Translations under genes and position numbers: made by a program
The notes under the pieces: model-generated
Told to the model about the DNA's origin: nothing
Seen by the model: only the letters and a program-made list of their open reading frames with translations
Database searches by the model: none
Assembly (NCBI GenBank): GCA_965215335.1
Contig: CBDCDA010000001.1
Span: 2,048,001 to 2,112,000, forward strand
Length of the DNA: 64,000 nucleotides
DNA from: an uncultured Candidatus Entotheonella sp.
GTDB taxonomy: Bacteria; Tectomicrobia; Entotheonellia; Entotheonellales; Entotheonellaceae
Direction of reading: 5' to 3'
In this document: one piece after another, positions 18,880 to 28,458 of the stretch
Layout: each line of letters opens with the position of its first letter
Position numbering within the stretch: position 1 is the stretch's first letter

Positions 18880-19758
18880 ATGACCCTCGAGGACGTCATT
18901 CTGGCGCCGGACAGGAGGGGGATTGCGGCTCTACGGCGGCATCTTCCGGTCGGCTTCTGCGAGGCGGCGGCGCGGTTTCTGCTGCAGCACGCGGGAATGG
19001 TGCTGATTGCCACCGGCTTCTACGTGCAACGCGCCGACGCGCCCGAAACCGACGGCCCGCCGGGGGCGCTGGCGCTGGGACAGGCGCTGGCAGCCCTGGA
19101 TAACCGGGTGGTGTACGTCAGCGACGCTTGCACCGCACCCCTGCTGGCCGACCTGGCCCCGAGCGGCACGGAAACGGTGGATTTCCCCATTGCCGACGAT
19201 GCAACAAGCCGTCAGGTTGCCCGCGCCCTGCTCGACCGCATCGCGCCGACCATTTTGATCGCCATCGAACGCTGCGGTCTTACCCGCAGCGGGACCTACC
19301 TGAACATGCGCGGGCAAGACATCTCCCCGCACACCGCCCGGCTCGACCACCTTTTCCGGCAGCATCCGCACACCGTCGGCATCGGCGACGGCGGCAACGA
19401 GATCGGCATGGGAAACCTGGCGCCTCGCATCCCCGAGGTGCCCACCCTGCCCAACGAGCCTGCCGTCACCCGCACGACGCATCTGGTCATCGCCAGCGTC
19501 GCCAACTGGGGCGCGTACGGCGTGGTGGCCGCGTTGTCTCGCCTGGCAGGCCGCAATCTGCTGCCGCAGCCTGCCGACGAATCGGCCCGCATTCGCCGCC
19601 TGGTTTCCCTGGGGGCCGTGGACGGCGTGACCGGCATTGCGGACTGCACGGTGGACAGTTTCAATCTGTCCGAAAATTCGGCTGTCCTCGAGCGCCTGAA
19701 CGGTTTATTGGAGACGGATGGGATACGGCGGAAAGACGAAGCAGGTCAGGACCTGTAG
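18880..19758 (+). CDS. D-glutamate cyclase-like (DUF4392) protein
   Basis: TGF, ETDGPPGA, IER.G, GIGDGGNEIGMG, SVANWG. Confidence 0.88.
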   Translation: MTLEDVILAPDRRGIAALRRHLPVGFCEAAARFLLQHAGMVLIATGFYVQRADAPETDGPPGALALGQALAALDNRVVYVSDACTAPLLADLAPSGTETVDFPIADDATSRQVARALLDRIAPTILIAIERCGLTRSGTYLNMRGQDISPHTARLDHLFRQHPHTVGIGDGGNEIGMGNLAPRIPEVPTLPNEPAVTRTTHLVIASVANWGAYGVVAALSRLAGRNLLPQPADESARIRRLVSLGAVDGVTGIADCTVDSFNLSENSAVLERLNGLLETDGIRRKDEAGQDL

Positions 19759-19975
19759 CGGCCCGAGTCGTTTCATTCCTTGTCGAATCGAAAGTCCGTC
19801 ATCCCGGCAACGTGCATAATGTCCAAGCGTCCGGCAATTTTCGCCGACTTCGCCTCTTGCCGGGCCCAGGAGGTTTCCTTGGTTACAATGGCTCGGTTCG
19901 GCGCCACTGAATCACCATCCATCCGTGGTAGCTAACGACCGGCAAAGCCTGACCTTGCGATGCGACCCGTTTATA

Positions 19976-19989
19976 GACTAAATTTAGTC
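19976..19989. promoter_or_regulatory. palindromic operator of the TA locus
   Basis: perfect palindrome GACTAAATTTAGTC just upstream of the AGGAGGT SD. Confidence 0.6.
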
Positions 19990-20010
19990 CGAAAAAAGGA
20001 GGTGACGTTC

Positions 20011-20287
20011 ATAAAACTATCCAGCCAGATCAGGCCGATCAGTTACCTCAAAGCCCATGCCGCCGAGATTGTGCGCACGCTCGCGGCCCAAGGGGAGCCC
20101 TTGATCATCACCCAGAACGGTGAGGCCAAGGCGGTCGTACAGGATATCCGAAGCTACGAGCAGACACAGGAAACCATGGCGCTGCTCAAGATCCTCGCGC
20201 TGGGGGGGCCGTCAGATCGAAGCGGGTCAGGTGCAACCCGCTACTGACGTGATCGCGCGGCTCCGGAAGCGGCAACAGGCTCGCTGA
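20011..20287 (+). pseudogene. Phd/YefM antitoxin, ATA start and +1 frameshift in a G7 run
   Basis: IRPISYLKAHAAE..PLIITQNGEAKAV; removing one G at 20202-20208 restores ...RQIEAGQVQPATDVIARLRKRQQAR* ending in a TGATG overlap. Confidence 0.8.
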
Positions 20288-20385
20288 TGTTATTCCGGGT
20301 TCAGTTGACTGATGACGCGACACGCGACGTGGGGGATATCTGCGATTACATCGACCGGCACGAAGCGCCGGGGCGAGCGGGTCCA
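20287..20385 (+). pseudogene. truncated RelE/ParE-family toxin
   Basis: MLFRVQLTDDATRDVGDICDYI is a ParE/RelE-like N-terminus; similarity is lost after about 32 codons. Confidence 0.65.
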
Positions 20386-20519
20386 TTGATGCAGCAATGT
20401 CTTCCCTCTTTGCAACGACCATTTGATTGCCTTGATCGGCAGCAACGCGACCCAAGCATGTGCTTGTACCCTGTTTTCTGGCACGCCTACATGTTTAAGG
20501 GATCGGACCCCTCACTTTA

Positions 20520-21578
20520 TCATGCGTTAACCGTGCCCGTTTGCTTGAACTCAATATTTAGGGCAGGAAACATCTCGGCTAATTTCCTTCCGGCGCCAAG
20601 GGTTGCGTGGCCCCACTGGTTGGATAGGACGTATGTCCTGTCCTCGATCTGGAAAGGCTCACCGTCAGCACAAAAGAACCGCTGAGTCCGTAATACCTTT
20701 CTCCCAGTATCTTCCTGCATTAGCTGCTCTCGGATCTGTTCCGCATCGAGCCGGCCTTCGAAAACCTTGAGTTTGCTCGAGGGGAGGGCCTCCATGACTT
20801 GCTGCGGGTTTCCGCCGCTATCAAACACCCCTGAAACGAGCCGGAACATCATATAACGCTTGTTTTGGTTCAAGAATTGTTTGCCGCCTATGGTCACGTC
20901 GTACTTACTGAGATCTCGGGCGCTTTTTTTTGCCACCTGCTCTTTCTGCCTCTTCTCGCGAATACGAATTTGATACTCCTCCGTTTCCGGGGTCGGGATA
21001 ATAGTTTGAATGGCTAACAATACTTGCCCGTCATGGTCGTAAGGACGCATTCGGACACACCGGATATCCAGCCCCCGCTCGTTCAGCCACAGCACCGTCG
21101 TCGTCAGTTCCTTTGAGAATTCGGCAGAGGCAAGCACGATTTTGATTTCTTGGCCAAGTGTCTCATCGTCCGAATCACCCCATTCCAAAAATTCGCGAAG
21201 GCTATCTCTTGCGTCCTTCTCCTTGTTGTTATCTTTCAAGTACTGATCTTATGTTGACACCAGCACGTCGAAGGTCATCGTAGAAATCATTGCGGCATAA
21301 CGGATCGCCTGAAGTTCCATATGTCCGCCATCCTCGGTACGCTTCAGCTCGATCACGACGAGGTTAGCGTTCTTGTCGATACCCAGCAGATCGATGCGCC
21401 GCCGACTGTCCTCCCAGCCGCCGAATTCCTCAGCGACGATCAATGTATTTGGAGAGATGACTTCAGGTCGGGATTTCAGTAGGGCCTGGAGATGTTTCTG
21501 TTCTTTCAAGCCCTGTTGTTCGAAAGTCGTGGGTGCGATCGGGGTAATTTTCTTCTCATCAATGATGTAAAGCGTCAT
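20520..21578 (-). pseudogene. NucS/DUF91-like PD-(D/E)xK endonuclease with an in-frame TAA at 21249-21251
   Basis: EEF..W.DS.RRIDLL.ID..ANLVVIELKR, LQAIRYAAM; the two ORFs are in the same frame; AT-richer than flanks. Confidence 0.75.
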
Positions 21579-21680
21579 CTATCATTCCTCATGGTCGCCC
21601 AGACCAGAACCCCTGGCGCGGAACTGACCAACCTGACATGGCTGGATTTGGAAGCAATGATTGGCCCGCAGGAATGCCGC

Positions 21681-22682
21681 TCACGCCCAAGGCAGGAATA
21701 CGGTTGCCCCCGTGGTCTCCCTTGCTTCCAGCGCCCGGTGCGCTTCGGCGGCCTCCGAGAGCGGGTAGACCTGGTTCACGACCGGGCGCACGACGCCTTG
21801 GCCGAGGACGTCGAACAGTTCTTCGCCACTGTGCTCCAGGGCGTCGCGCGTCCCGAGGTAGTGCATGATGGCGGGACGGGTGAGAAAGAGGGAGCCGCGC
21901 GCGCCGAGCTCGATGACGTCGACGGGGTCGGGAGGGCCGGAGGCGTGGCCGTAGCTCGCCATCATGCCGAGCGGGCGCAGGCAGTCGAGCGAACGGCGGA
22001 ACGTGTCCTTGCCGATCGATTCATAGACGACGGCGCAGCCCGCGCCGTTCGTCACCTCGCGGACGGTGGCGACGAAATCTCCCTCGCCGTGGATGACGAC
22101 GTGCTCCGCCCCGGCCGCCCGTGCCTCCTCTGCTTTCGCCACCGAGCTCACGGTGCCGATGACGGTCGCCCCGAGATGCCTCGTCCACTGGCAGAGGAGC
22201 AGGCCCGTGGCGCCCGCCGCGGCGTGGACGAGCACGGCGTCGCCCCGCGCCACGCGGTACGTCCGCCGCACGAGATATTGCACGGTCAGGCCCTTGAGCA
22301 TCGAGGCAGCGAGGATACGGTCGTCGAGATGGTCGAGGGTGGCCGGCACCCTGAGGAGATTCGCCGCCGGATAGTTGCGCACCTGGCTGTAGGCGCCGTG
22401 GGGCGGCAGGGCATAGGCGACCCGGTCGCCCGCCGCAAACCCGGTGACGCCGGGCCCGACCGCCTCGACGCGCCCGGCGCCCTCGAAGCCGAGCACGACC
22501 GGCAGCGGCGGCACCGGCCAGGGGTGCGGGACGCCGCGGCGGTGATAGGTATCGACGAAGTTGAGCCCGACCGCTTCGTTGCGCAGCCGAACCTCGCCGG
22601 GGCCCGGCGCCGGTACGTCGATGGACTCCCAGCGCAACACGTCGGGCGCCCCCTTCTCATGAATCACCGCTGCCATCGGCAT
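21681..22682 (-). CDS. qor: NADPH:quinone oxidoreductase (zeta-crystallin/MDR family)
   Basis: GLNFVD, G.EGAG, HAAAGATG, GSLFLTRP, LEAR.TTG. Confidence 0.92.
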   Translation of the reverse strand: MPMAAVIHEKGAPDVLRWESIDVPAPGPGEVRLRNEAVGLNFVDTYHRRGVPHPWPVPPLPVVLGFEGAGRVEAVGPGVTGFAAGDRVAYALPPHGAYSQVRNYPAANLLRVPATLDHLDDRILAASMLKGLTVQYLVRRTYRVARGDAVLVHAAAGATGLLLCQWTRHLGATVIGTVSSVAKAEEARAAGAEHVVIHGEGDFVATVREVTNGAGCAVVYESIGKDTFRRSLDCLRPLGMMASYGHASGPPDPVDVIELGARGSLFLTRPAIMHYLGTRDALEHSGEELFDVLGQGVVRPVVNQVYPLSEAAEAHRALEARETTGATVFLPWA

Positions 22683-22737
22683 CGGTCGCTTTCCTCCTGC
22701 GCTACACGATCCCTTCACCGGGCCGGGAATCTGGCCT

Positions 22738-23910
22738 TCAGGGCCTGGTGGCGCGCATCGAGCCAGGGTGACCGGGCAGCGCCAGCCTGCGGCCCGTATC
22801 GACAATCTGGCCGTCTTGCACCTCGAACACGCTGACGTCGGCATCCAGCAGGTTGGCCACCAGCAGCCAGCGGCCATCCGGGCTGAAGGCCAGCGCTTCG
22901 GGAACGCCGCCGGCCGGAAGTTCCGCCACGTGGCGCACGCCCGCGTCGCTGATCTCGAACACCTGGATGCAACCCGGACTGCGCAGGAACCAGGCGTCCG
23001 GCGGCGCGTCGCTGCCGCACAGGTTGCCGGTCACTGCCAGACGGCTGTCCGGGCTGATGGTGATGCCCTCCGGCGCGTCGCCCGCCGCCAGGTGGTCGAT
23101 GACGCGCGGCGGACTGTGCTGCAAGTCGATCACCGTGATCGAGTCGATATTGCCGTCGGAGCGCCCGTTGTTGCCCGTGTTGGCCACGATGGCCAAGCGC
23201 CCGTCGGGGGTGATGTCGGCGTTGTACGGGTAATCGCCAACCGCCAGGTCCGGCCCGGCGAGGGTGACCTCGGCGCCGTCGAGGGCCAGAAACGATACCT
23301 GGTCCGTGCTGGCCTTGTTGATCATCGCCCGTTTGCCGTCCGGCGTGAACGCCACGTGGGTGACCTGATCGCCCGTTTCCACCTTGCCCTCGAAACGCAC
23401 CTGCTTGCCTTCGATGCTGAGCACCGACACGGAAGTCTCGGCGCGGTTGGCGACGAGCGCCAGGCGCCCGTCGGGGCTGATGGCCATGCCGGAGGGCTGG
23501 CGGCCCACGGTGAGGGTGTCGAGGACCCGCGGCGGATCCGCCTCCAGGTCGATGACGTGCAGTTTGTCGCTGGGCACGAACTTGGGCGGCGCGGCGTCGG
23601 GAGCGATCATCACCGCCTCCGTCACCAGCGCCAGGCGGTTGTCCGCGGTGACGGCCAGATTGGTCGGCGGGCCGAAGATGCTGTTCGGCACCTCAACCGT
23701 GGCGCGCAGCGCCGGGCCGTCCGCGCCGATGTCGATGATGGACACGGATTGCACGCCCTGCGGGTCGATCTGCAGCTTGCCGTCGACGACCAGGGCCTTG
23801 TTGTCGTTGCCTGCGATGATTACCTGTGCCAGCGGGGCCGAGGGGAATTGGACGGCCAGCGCAACGGCCAGCGGCGCCAGCAGCCAGCGAATGCTTGGAA
23901 GGGTTCTCAT
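22738..23910 (-). CDS. exported YncE/YVTN-type beta-propeller protein
   Basis: signal peptide; repeated SPDG/TPDG..ALVAN blades. Confidence 0.85.
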   Translation of the reverse strand: MRTLPSIRWLLAPLAVALAVQFPSAPLAQVIIAGNDNKALVVDGKLQIDPQGVQSVSIIDIGADGPALRATVEVPNSIFGPPTNLAVTADNRLALVTEAVMIAPDAAPPKFVPSDKLHVIDLEADPPRVLDTLTVGRQPSGMAISPDGRLALVANRAETSVSVLSIEGKQVRFEGKVETGDQVTHVAFTPDGKRAMINKASTDQVSFLALDGAEVTLAGPDLAVGDYPYNADITPDGRLAIVANTGNNGRSDGNIDSITVIDLQHSPPRVIDHLAAGDAPEGITISPDSRLAVTGNLCGSDAPPDAWFLRSPGCIQVFEISDAGVRHVAELPAGGVPEALAFSPDGRWLLVANLLDADVSVFEVQDGQIVDTGRRLALPGHPGSMRATRP

Positions 23911-23994
23911 GGTAGTGGGTTCCTCCAGCTAAATGCCGCGCGATGTTCCTTACCTTGCGTAGGTTTGCCGGATAGGGTCCGTTTCGGGACAACG

Positions 23995-24003
23995 ATTATA
24001 CCA
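23995..24003 (-). promoter_or_regulatory. extended -10 promoter for the beta-propeller gene
   Basis: TGgTATAAT on the minus strand. Confidence 0.5.
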
Positions 24004-24106
24004 CGCCGGGGTGCGCTCGCCTCTGGCGATCGGCGCCCCTCTCCCCTATGATGGGCGCTTTCTTCGTTACCCATCGGCCACCCATCCGGAAAGGGGGGAA
24101 CGTCAT

Positions 24107-24895
24107 ATGGACCGGGTAGCTGCCGCGGCTGACTTCCTGGTGGAACTTCGGCGCACACGGGGCGTTGCGGAAGCCCTGCCGCAAGCCTGCCGGCCGGAGG
24201 GCACGTCCGCAGCCTACGCCGTGCAGGCCGCTCTCGTCGAACGACTCCTGGCGCCGTCGCAGGGGCGCGCGGTGGGCTATAAAGTGGCGTGCACCAACAA
24301 GCTGGCGCAAGACCTGCTGCGTGTCGCCGGGCCGTTCTGCGGCCGGCTGTTGTCGCCGACGACCTATGCGGCGCCGGCCCGCCTGTCCGCCGGCGACTTC
24401 GTGCACCGTATCATCGAAGCGGAGTTCGCCTTCGAGATGGCCGATACGGTGCCCGCAGCAGCCGAGCCCTATACCGCGGCATCCATCGCCCCCTTCGTGC
24501 GCGCCGTGCTGCCGGCTATCGAGATCGTCGATTGGCACTACCTGGACTGGACCACCGCCGGGGCGCTGTCGCTGATCGCCGACAACGCCATCCACGGCGC
24601 CTGGATTGCCGGCGAGCCGTGCGCGGCATGGCGCGATCTGGATTTGGCCATGCACGACGTGCGGCTCATCGTCAACGGGCACGTCACCACACGAGGCAAC
24701 GGCGCTGCCGTGCTGGGCCATCCGCTCAACGTGCTGGCCTGGCTCGCCAATGAGCTGACCAGGTTCGGCGGCGCCCTGAAGGCCGGGGAGCGGGTCAGCA
24801 CCGGCGTCTGCACCGACGTTTACGAGGGCAAGGTCGGCGACCATGTGCGGGCCGATTTCGGCGTCCTGGGTGGGGTCGATCTGGTCTTCGATTAG
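24107..24895 (+). CDS. 2-keto-4-pentenoate hydratase / FAH family protein
   Basis: GYKVA.T, EAEFAF, PAIEI, ADNA, GHPL..L.WLAN, STG. Confidence 0.9.
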   Translation: MDRVAAAADFLVELRRTRGVAEALPQACRPEGTSAAYAVQAALVERLLAPSQGRAVGYKVACTNKLAQDLLRVAGPFCGRLLSPTTYAAPARLSAGDFVHRIIEAEFAFEMADTVPAAAEPYTAASIAPFVRAVLPAIEIVDWHYLDWTTAGALSLIADNAIHGAWIAGEPCAAWRDLDLAMHDVRLIVNGHVTTRGNGAAVLGHPLNVLAWLANELTRFGGALKAGERVSTGVCTDVYEGKVGDHVRADFGVLGGVDLVFD

Positions 24896-25737
24896 GTTCA
24901 GGACTCATAACCAGAAGATGACCGTGGCAGCAATACAGATAGCGCTGTAGAAAGTGTGCGCACAGCGATCATGGCGTGTGGCGATACGGCGCCAATCCTT
25001 GAGGCGACCGAACAGGCGCTCGATGAGATTACGGCTCTTGTAAAGCTCCGTGTCGTAGACAATCGGCTCTTTACGATTGGCACGGCCTGGAATACAGGGC
25101 TTGATCTTGCGCTCGGCAAGCGCCTTGCGCAGCCGGTTGCTGTCATAACCCTTGTCGGCAATCAGCACGTCGGCCTCCGGCAATGCGGGCGGCGCCATGT
25201 CTGCCCCGCGATAGTCGCTGACCCGGCCCGCAGTCAACACCATGACGACGGGCTTGCCGTCGCCGTCGCAGACGGCGTGAAGTTTCGAGTTGAGGCCGCC
25301 GCGGGTACGCCCGACATGGCGCGGAAAAGCCCCCCCCGAGCAGGCTGGCAGCGGTGCGATGCGCCTTGAGATGCGTGCTGTCGATCATGACGGTCTCGGT
25401 GGCCGTGCTGTCGGCGGCCAGGGTTTGGAAGATGCGGTCGAAGACACCGTCCTTGCTCCAGCCGCACGAAGCGGTTGTAGAGCGTCTTGTGGAGACCGTA
25501 GCAGGCGGGCGCGTGGCGCCACATCAGACCGTATCGAATGACGTGGATGATGCCGCTGATGACCTTTCGGTCATCGACGCGCGGGACGCCGCGCACCTTG
25601 TTGGGTAGCAGGGGTTGGAGTCGGGCAAACTGCGCATCGGAGAGCCAGAAGTGATGATCGGGCATGATGAACCTCCCCATGGAGTCAGGGTCTTGAATCC
25701 GATATGTTCAATGATAACCCTTTATAGGTCCTGAGCC
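24895..25737 (-). mobile_element. IS5-family (IS427-like) insertion sequence, inactivated
   Basis: imperfect TIRs ggttcaggactcata / tataggtcctgagcc flanked by TA; transposase pieces with IDST, ADKGYD, RNLIERLFGRLK; extra frameshift near 25460. Confidence 0.88.
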
Positions 25738-25750
25738 TAGGGAGTTGGGG

Positions 25751-26602
25751 ATGGTGGAACGCATGACGTGGCTCATTGTAACAGCCCTGCTCGTCTTCGG
25801 CTATACGGCGGTCGTGGCGGCGGACGGCTCCCCAGCGGCAGTTCGGGAAATCGCGCGCGGTCACGCCTTGCTGTCGGCGGCGCGTCTGGGGCCGACGGGG
25901 AAGGAACGAGAAGCCCTGCTGTCCGAGGCTGTCGAGGCGTTCAAGTCGGGGTATCGGTGGTTTGGCCGCCACACTCAGATGCGGGCCTTGCTGGGCGCGG
26001 CGCAGGGCTATCTGATGATGCAGACGCCGCGTCGCGTCTTTCCATTCCTGTGGCAGGCGACACCATTGCAGCGTGCAAAGAGAAGTGCGCAACAGGCGAT
26101 GGTCATGCAGCCGGACAGCCCGGCGGCGGCCTTCCTGCTGGGACTGATCTACTGGCGTCAGGCGCAGACCGCCGAAGATCCGGCCGAGACCATGGCGCTA
26201 AGCAGCGAATACCTGTCCAAAGCCGCCGGCTTGGGGATGCCCGTGGCGGCGTCTGGTGCGGCGGACGGCTCGCCGCATGCCTTTCAGATGGGGGATACGG
26301 CCCTGGTGCTGCGATACGCCGACGCGCGCGGCACGGGGAAGCCGGAGGATCTGCTGTTCATGTATGAGAAGTATGAGAAGGCGGAGAAGCGGTATGTCGG
26401 CGTTGTCGTGACAATGGGCAAGGCGTACCCGCTGGTCGCGGATGCGGTGACCGGGACAGTGGCCGACGGCTTATTTGGAAGGATCAGCGTCGAAGCGCAG
26501 CCGCAAGGTGCGCCGCGAATCGTCATCCATGCCCGGCAGGGGGGCCGGCAAATCGTCGTGTCGTTCGCGTGGAATGGCGGTAGGTTCGTATCGTCAGACT
26601 GA
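25751..26602 (+). CDS. exported hypothetical protein (TPR-like helical N-terminal half)
   Basis: signal peptide; P.SP.AAFLLG.IYW TPR-like motif. Confidence 0.7.
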   Translation: MVERMTWLIVTALLVFGYTAVVAADGSPAAVREIARGHALLSAARLGPTGKEREALLSEAVEAFKSGYRWFGRHTQMRALLGAAQGYLMMQTPRRVFPFLWQATPLQRAKRSAQQAMVMQPDSPAAAFLLGLIYWRQAQTAEDPAETMALSSEYLSKAAGLGMPVAASGAADGSPHAFQMGDTALVLRYADARGTGKPEDLLFMYEKYEKAEKRYVGVVVTMGKAYPLVADAVTGTVADGLFGRISVEAQPQGAPRIVIHARQGGRQIVVSFAWNGGRFVSSD

Positions 26603-26616
26603 CTCGGGGCAGGGGT

Positions 26617-27405
26617 TCATCGCGATGGCAGGAAGGTGGACCCCGAAGCAACGAGGCGTTGCAGTTGCGGGGACAAGAGGGCGACGTCGAGAACCGGCTC
26701 GCCGGCAACGTCCTCGACCAGCGCCACCACCGCGTAGGTGAAGCGCAGGGACTGGGCCATTTGGCGCAGAAGGCTTGGCGACACGCCATTTTCCAGGGGG
26801 GTGTCGTGTTCGAGGGACCACAGGAGAATGCGGTTGGCGGTGACGACGCGGAAGCGTCCGTTGGCCTCGAGCGCCGCTTGCAGCGCCGTCGTCCAGCGCC
26901 CGTGCGGGAGACGCTGCGACGTCGTGTTGGCAACGGGCAAAACCCCCAAGGCCACCGGCCCCGAGGTGATGCGAACCTTGTCGCCGCGTCGTGCCTCGGT
27001 GCCGGGCAGCGCCAGCAATTGCGCCAGCGCGTAACGCTCGAAGACCTGCTCGACGGTAACGTAGCCGATAGCCTCCTCCAGCCGGTTGACCGCCTGCTCG
27101 GTATCGGTTTCAAGGGCGGTTTTCCGCGACCGGAGCAGGGTCAGTTGCAGTCCTGGCAGGAGATGATCGCGGGCTCCGAGGCTCAGGAAGACGGCGCCGC
27201 CTTCCACCTTGACCACCTCTCCGGTCACTTTGGGAAAATAGCGGGCAAGCTGCTCGGCCACGTCCGCAAAGACCGCTGCGTCGGATTGCGACCAGGCGCT
27301 GCCATAAGGCGCCAGCAACAGCAGCGCGAGGCACGGCAGCCATATGAGGCATCGCAGCGGTCTGTTCCGGTTCACAGCCTTGTCTCGGGTGGTGGCCACT
27401 GTCAT
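26617..27405 (-). CDS. exported protein with FlgT-C-like beta domain plus TolB-N/CsgG-like domain
   Basis: signal peptide; G.VVKVEG..V.L.LG..D....G, GDKVR; then GVLP....L...L...GRFRVV. Confidence 0.6.
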   Translation of the reverse strand: MTVATTRDKAVNRNRPLRCLIWLPCLALLLLAPYGSAWSQSDAAVFADVAEQLARYFPKVTGEVVKVEGGAVFLSLGARDHLLPGLQLTLLRSRKTALETDTEQAVNRLEEAIGYVTVEQVFERYALAQLLALPGTEARRGDKVRITSGPVALGVLPVANTTSQRLPHGRWTTALQAALEANGRFRVVTANRILLWSLEHDTPLENGVSPSLLRQMAQSLRFTYAVVALVEDVAGEPVLDVALLSPQLQRLVASGSTFLPSR

Positions 27406-27515
27406 CTTCCCATCCTGATACGGGCTCGAAAACGGCGGCGAGCGTATCACCGCCACCGAGAGGGTGTCAACCGCTCGACCTCGGCCCGGTCTCCACCGCG
27501 CGGGGAGAACAATCT

Positions 27516-27938
27516 ATGCCCCTCCTGACCCGATACTTTCTCAAAACCGCCATGCTCTACTTCGTTGCAAGCTCATGTCTGGGCGGCTATCTGCTCATCG
27601 CGGTGGGTCTGCAACACAGCACGCCGCTGGTCCTGCAGCCGGTATACTGGCACATGCTGCTCGTCGGTTGGCTCCTGCAACTCATTTTCGGCGTCGCCTA
27701 CTGGATGTTCCCGCCCTTCGCCAAGGGGCAACCGCACCGCAACCCAGCGCTGGCATGGCTCACCTACGCGGCGCTGAACGTTGGCTTGCTGGTGCGGGTG
27801 ATCGTCGAACCCTGGCACGGCGTGTGGCCGCAACCGGGTCTGGGATGGCTGTTGGTGGGCTCGGCGGTGTTGCAGGTGGCAGCGGGGTGGACGTTTTTGA
27901 TCACCATCTGGTCGCGCATTCGCGGGCGGAGGCGTTGA
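27516..27938 (+). CDS. 4-TM membrane protein (heme-copper oxidase subunit I repeat-like)
   Basis: H.L.VGW..QLIFGVAYWMFP motif. Confidence 0.7.
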   Translation: MPLLTRYFLKTAMLYFVASSCLGGYLLIAVGLQHSTPLVLQPVYWHMLLVGWLLQLIFGVAYWMFPPFAKGQPHRNPALAWLTYAALNVGLLVRVIVEPWHGVWPQPGLGWLLVGSAVLQVAAGWTFLITIWSRIRGRRR

Positions 27939-27942
27939 AGGT

Positions 27943-28377
27943 ATGCCCAGGCTCAGCCGGTTCTTCCTGCGGGTCGGTTTTATCTGCCTGGCGGTCGGCA
28001 TGATGGCGGGTGGGTTGATCCTGGTGCAGAAGGGCACCGGCCGCTTCCCCGTCTTCTGGGTACTGCTGCCGGCGCACGTCTATCTCGTGCTGGTGGGCGG
28101 CGTGACGCAGTGCGCACTCGGGGTGAGCCACTGGATTCTGCCACGCCTGGGAGCGGGCAAAGGCCGCGGGAACACGGCGCTGGCATGGTCGAGCTACTGG
28201 GCGCTCAACACCGCCATCCTTCTGGTCGCCTTGCACCCGGCAGTCGAGGTTGCCTTGGGAGCACCCGCCGCCGGGGCGGCTTTCGTATGCGGCGGTATCC
28301 TGCAGGGCGCGGCCGCCGTCGCCTTCGCGCTGCACGCTTGGCCGCGCATTCGTCCCTCGCAGGTCAACCCTCGTTAG
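27943..28377 (+). CDS. 4-TM membrane protein, paralog of the upstream gene
   Basis: AHV.LVLVG...Q.ALGVSHWILPR; shared MP.L.R.FL and ALAW..Y.ALN. Confidence 0.7.
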   Translation: MPRLSRFFLRVGFICLAVGMMAGGLILVQKGTGRFPVFWVLLPAHVYLVLVGGVTQCALGVSHWILPRLGAGKGRGNTALAWSSYWALNTAILLVALHPAVEVALGAPAAGAAFVCGGILQGAAAVAFALHAWPRIRPSQVNPR

Positions 28378-28458
28378 CCCACAGGACGGGTTGAAGCGAT
28401 GCCGGCAGGAGGCGACACATTGGGGGCACGGCTGGTGACTTGCCATCAGGGCGAAACG

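Noticed and set aside
19772..19920. Minus-strand coding-like fragment ending ...DFRFDKE*
   Set aside because: No start codon or recognisable family; too short to call.
21249..21251. Programmed stop-codon recoding in the NucS-like gene
   Set aside because: The stop is TAA, not TGA or TAG, with no recoding signal; a nonsense mutation is simpler.
23940..23990. c-di-GMP-I riboswitch-like GGCAAACC...GCAA stem on the minus strand
   Set aside because: Lacks the following GACGCAAAG element and second stem.
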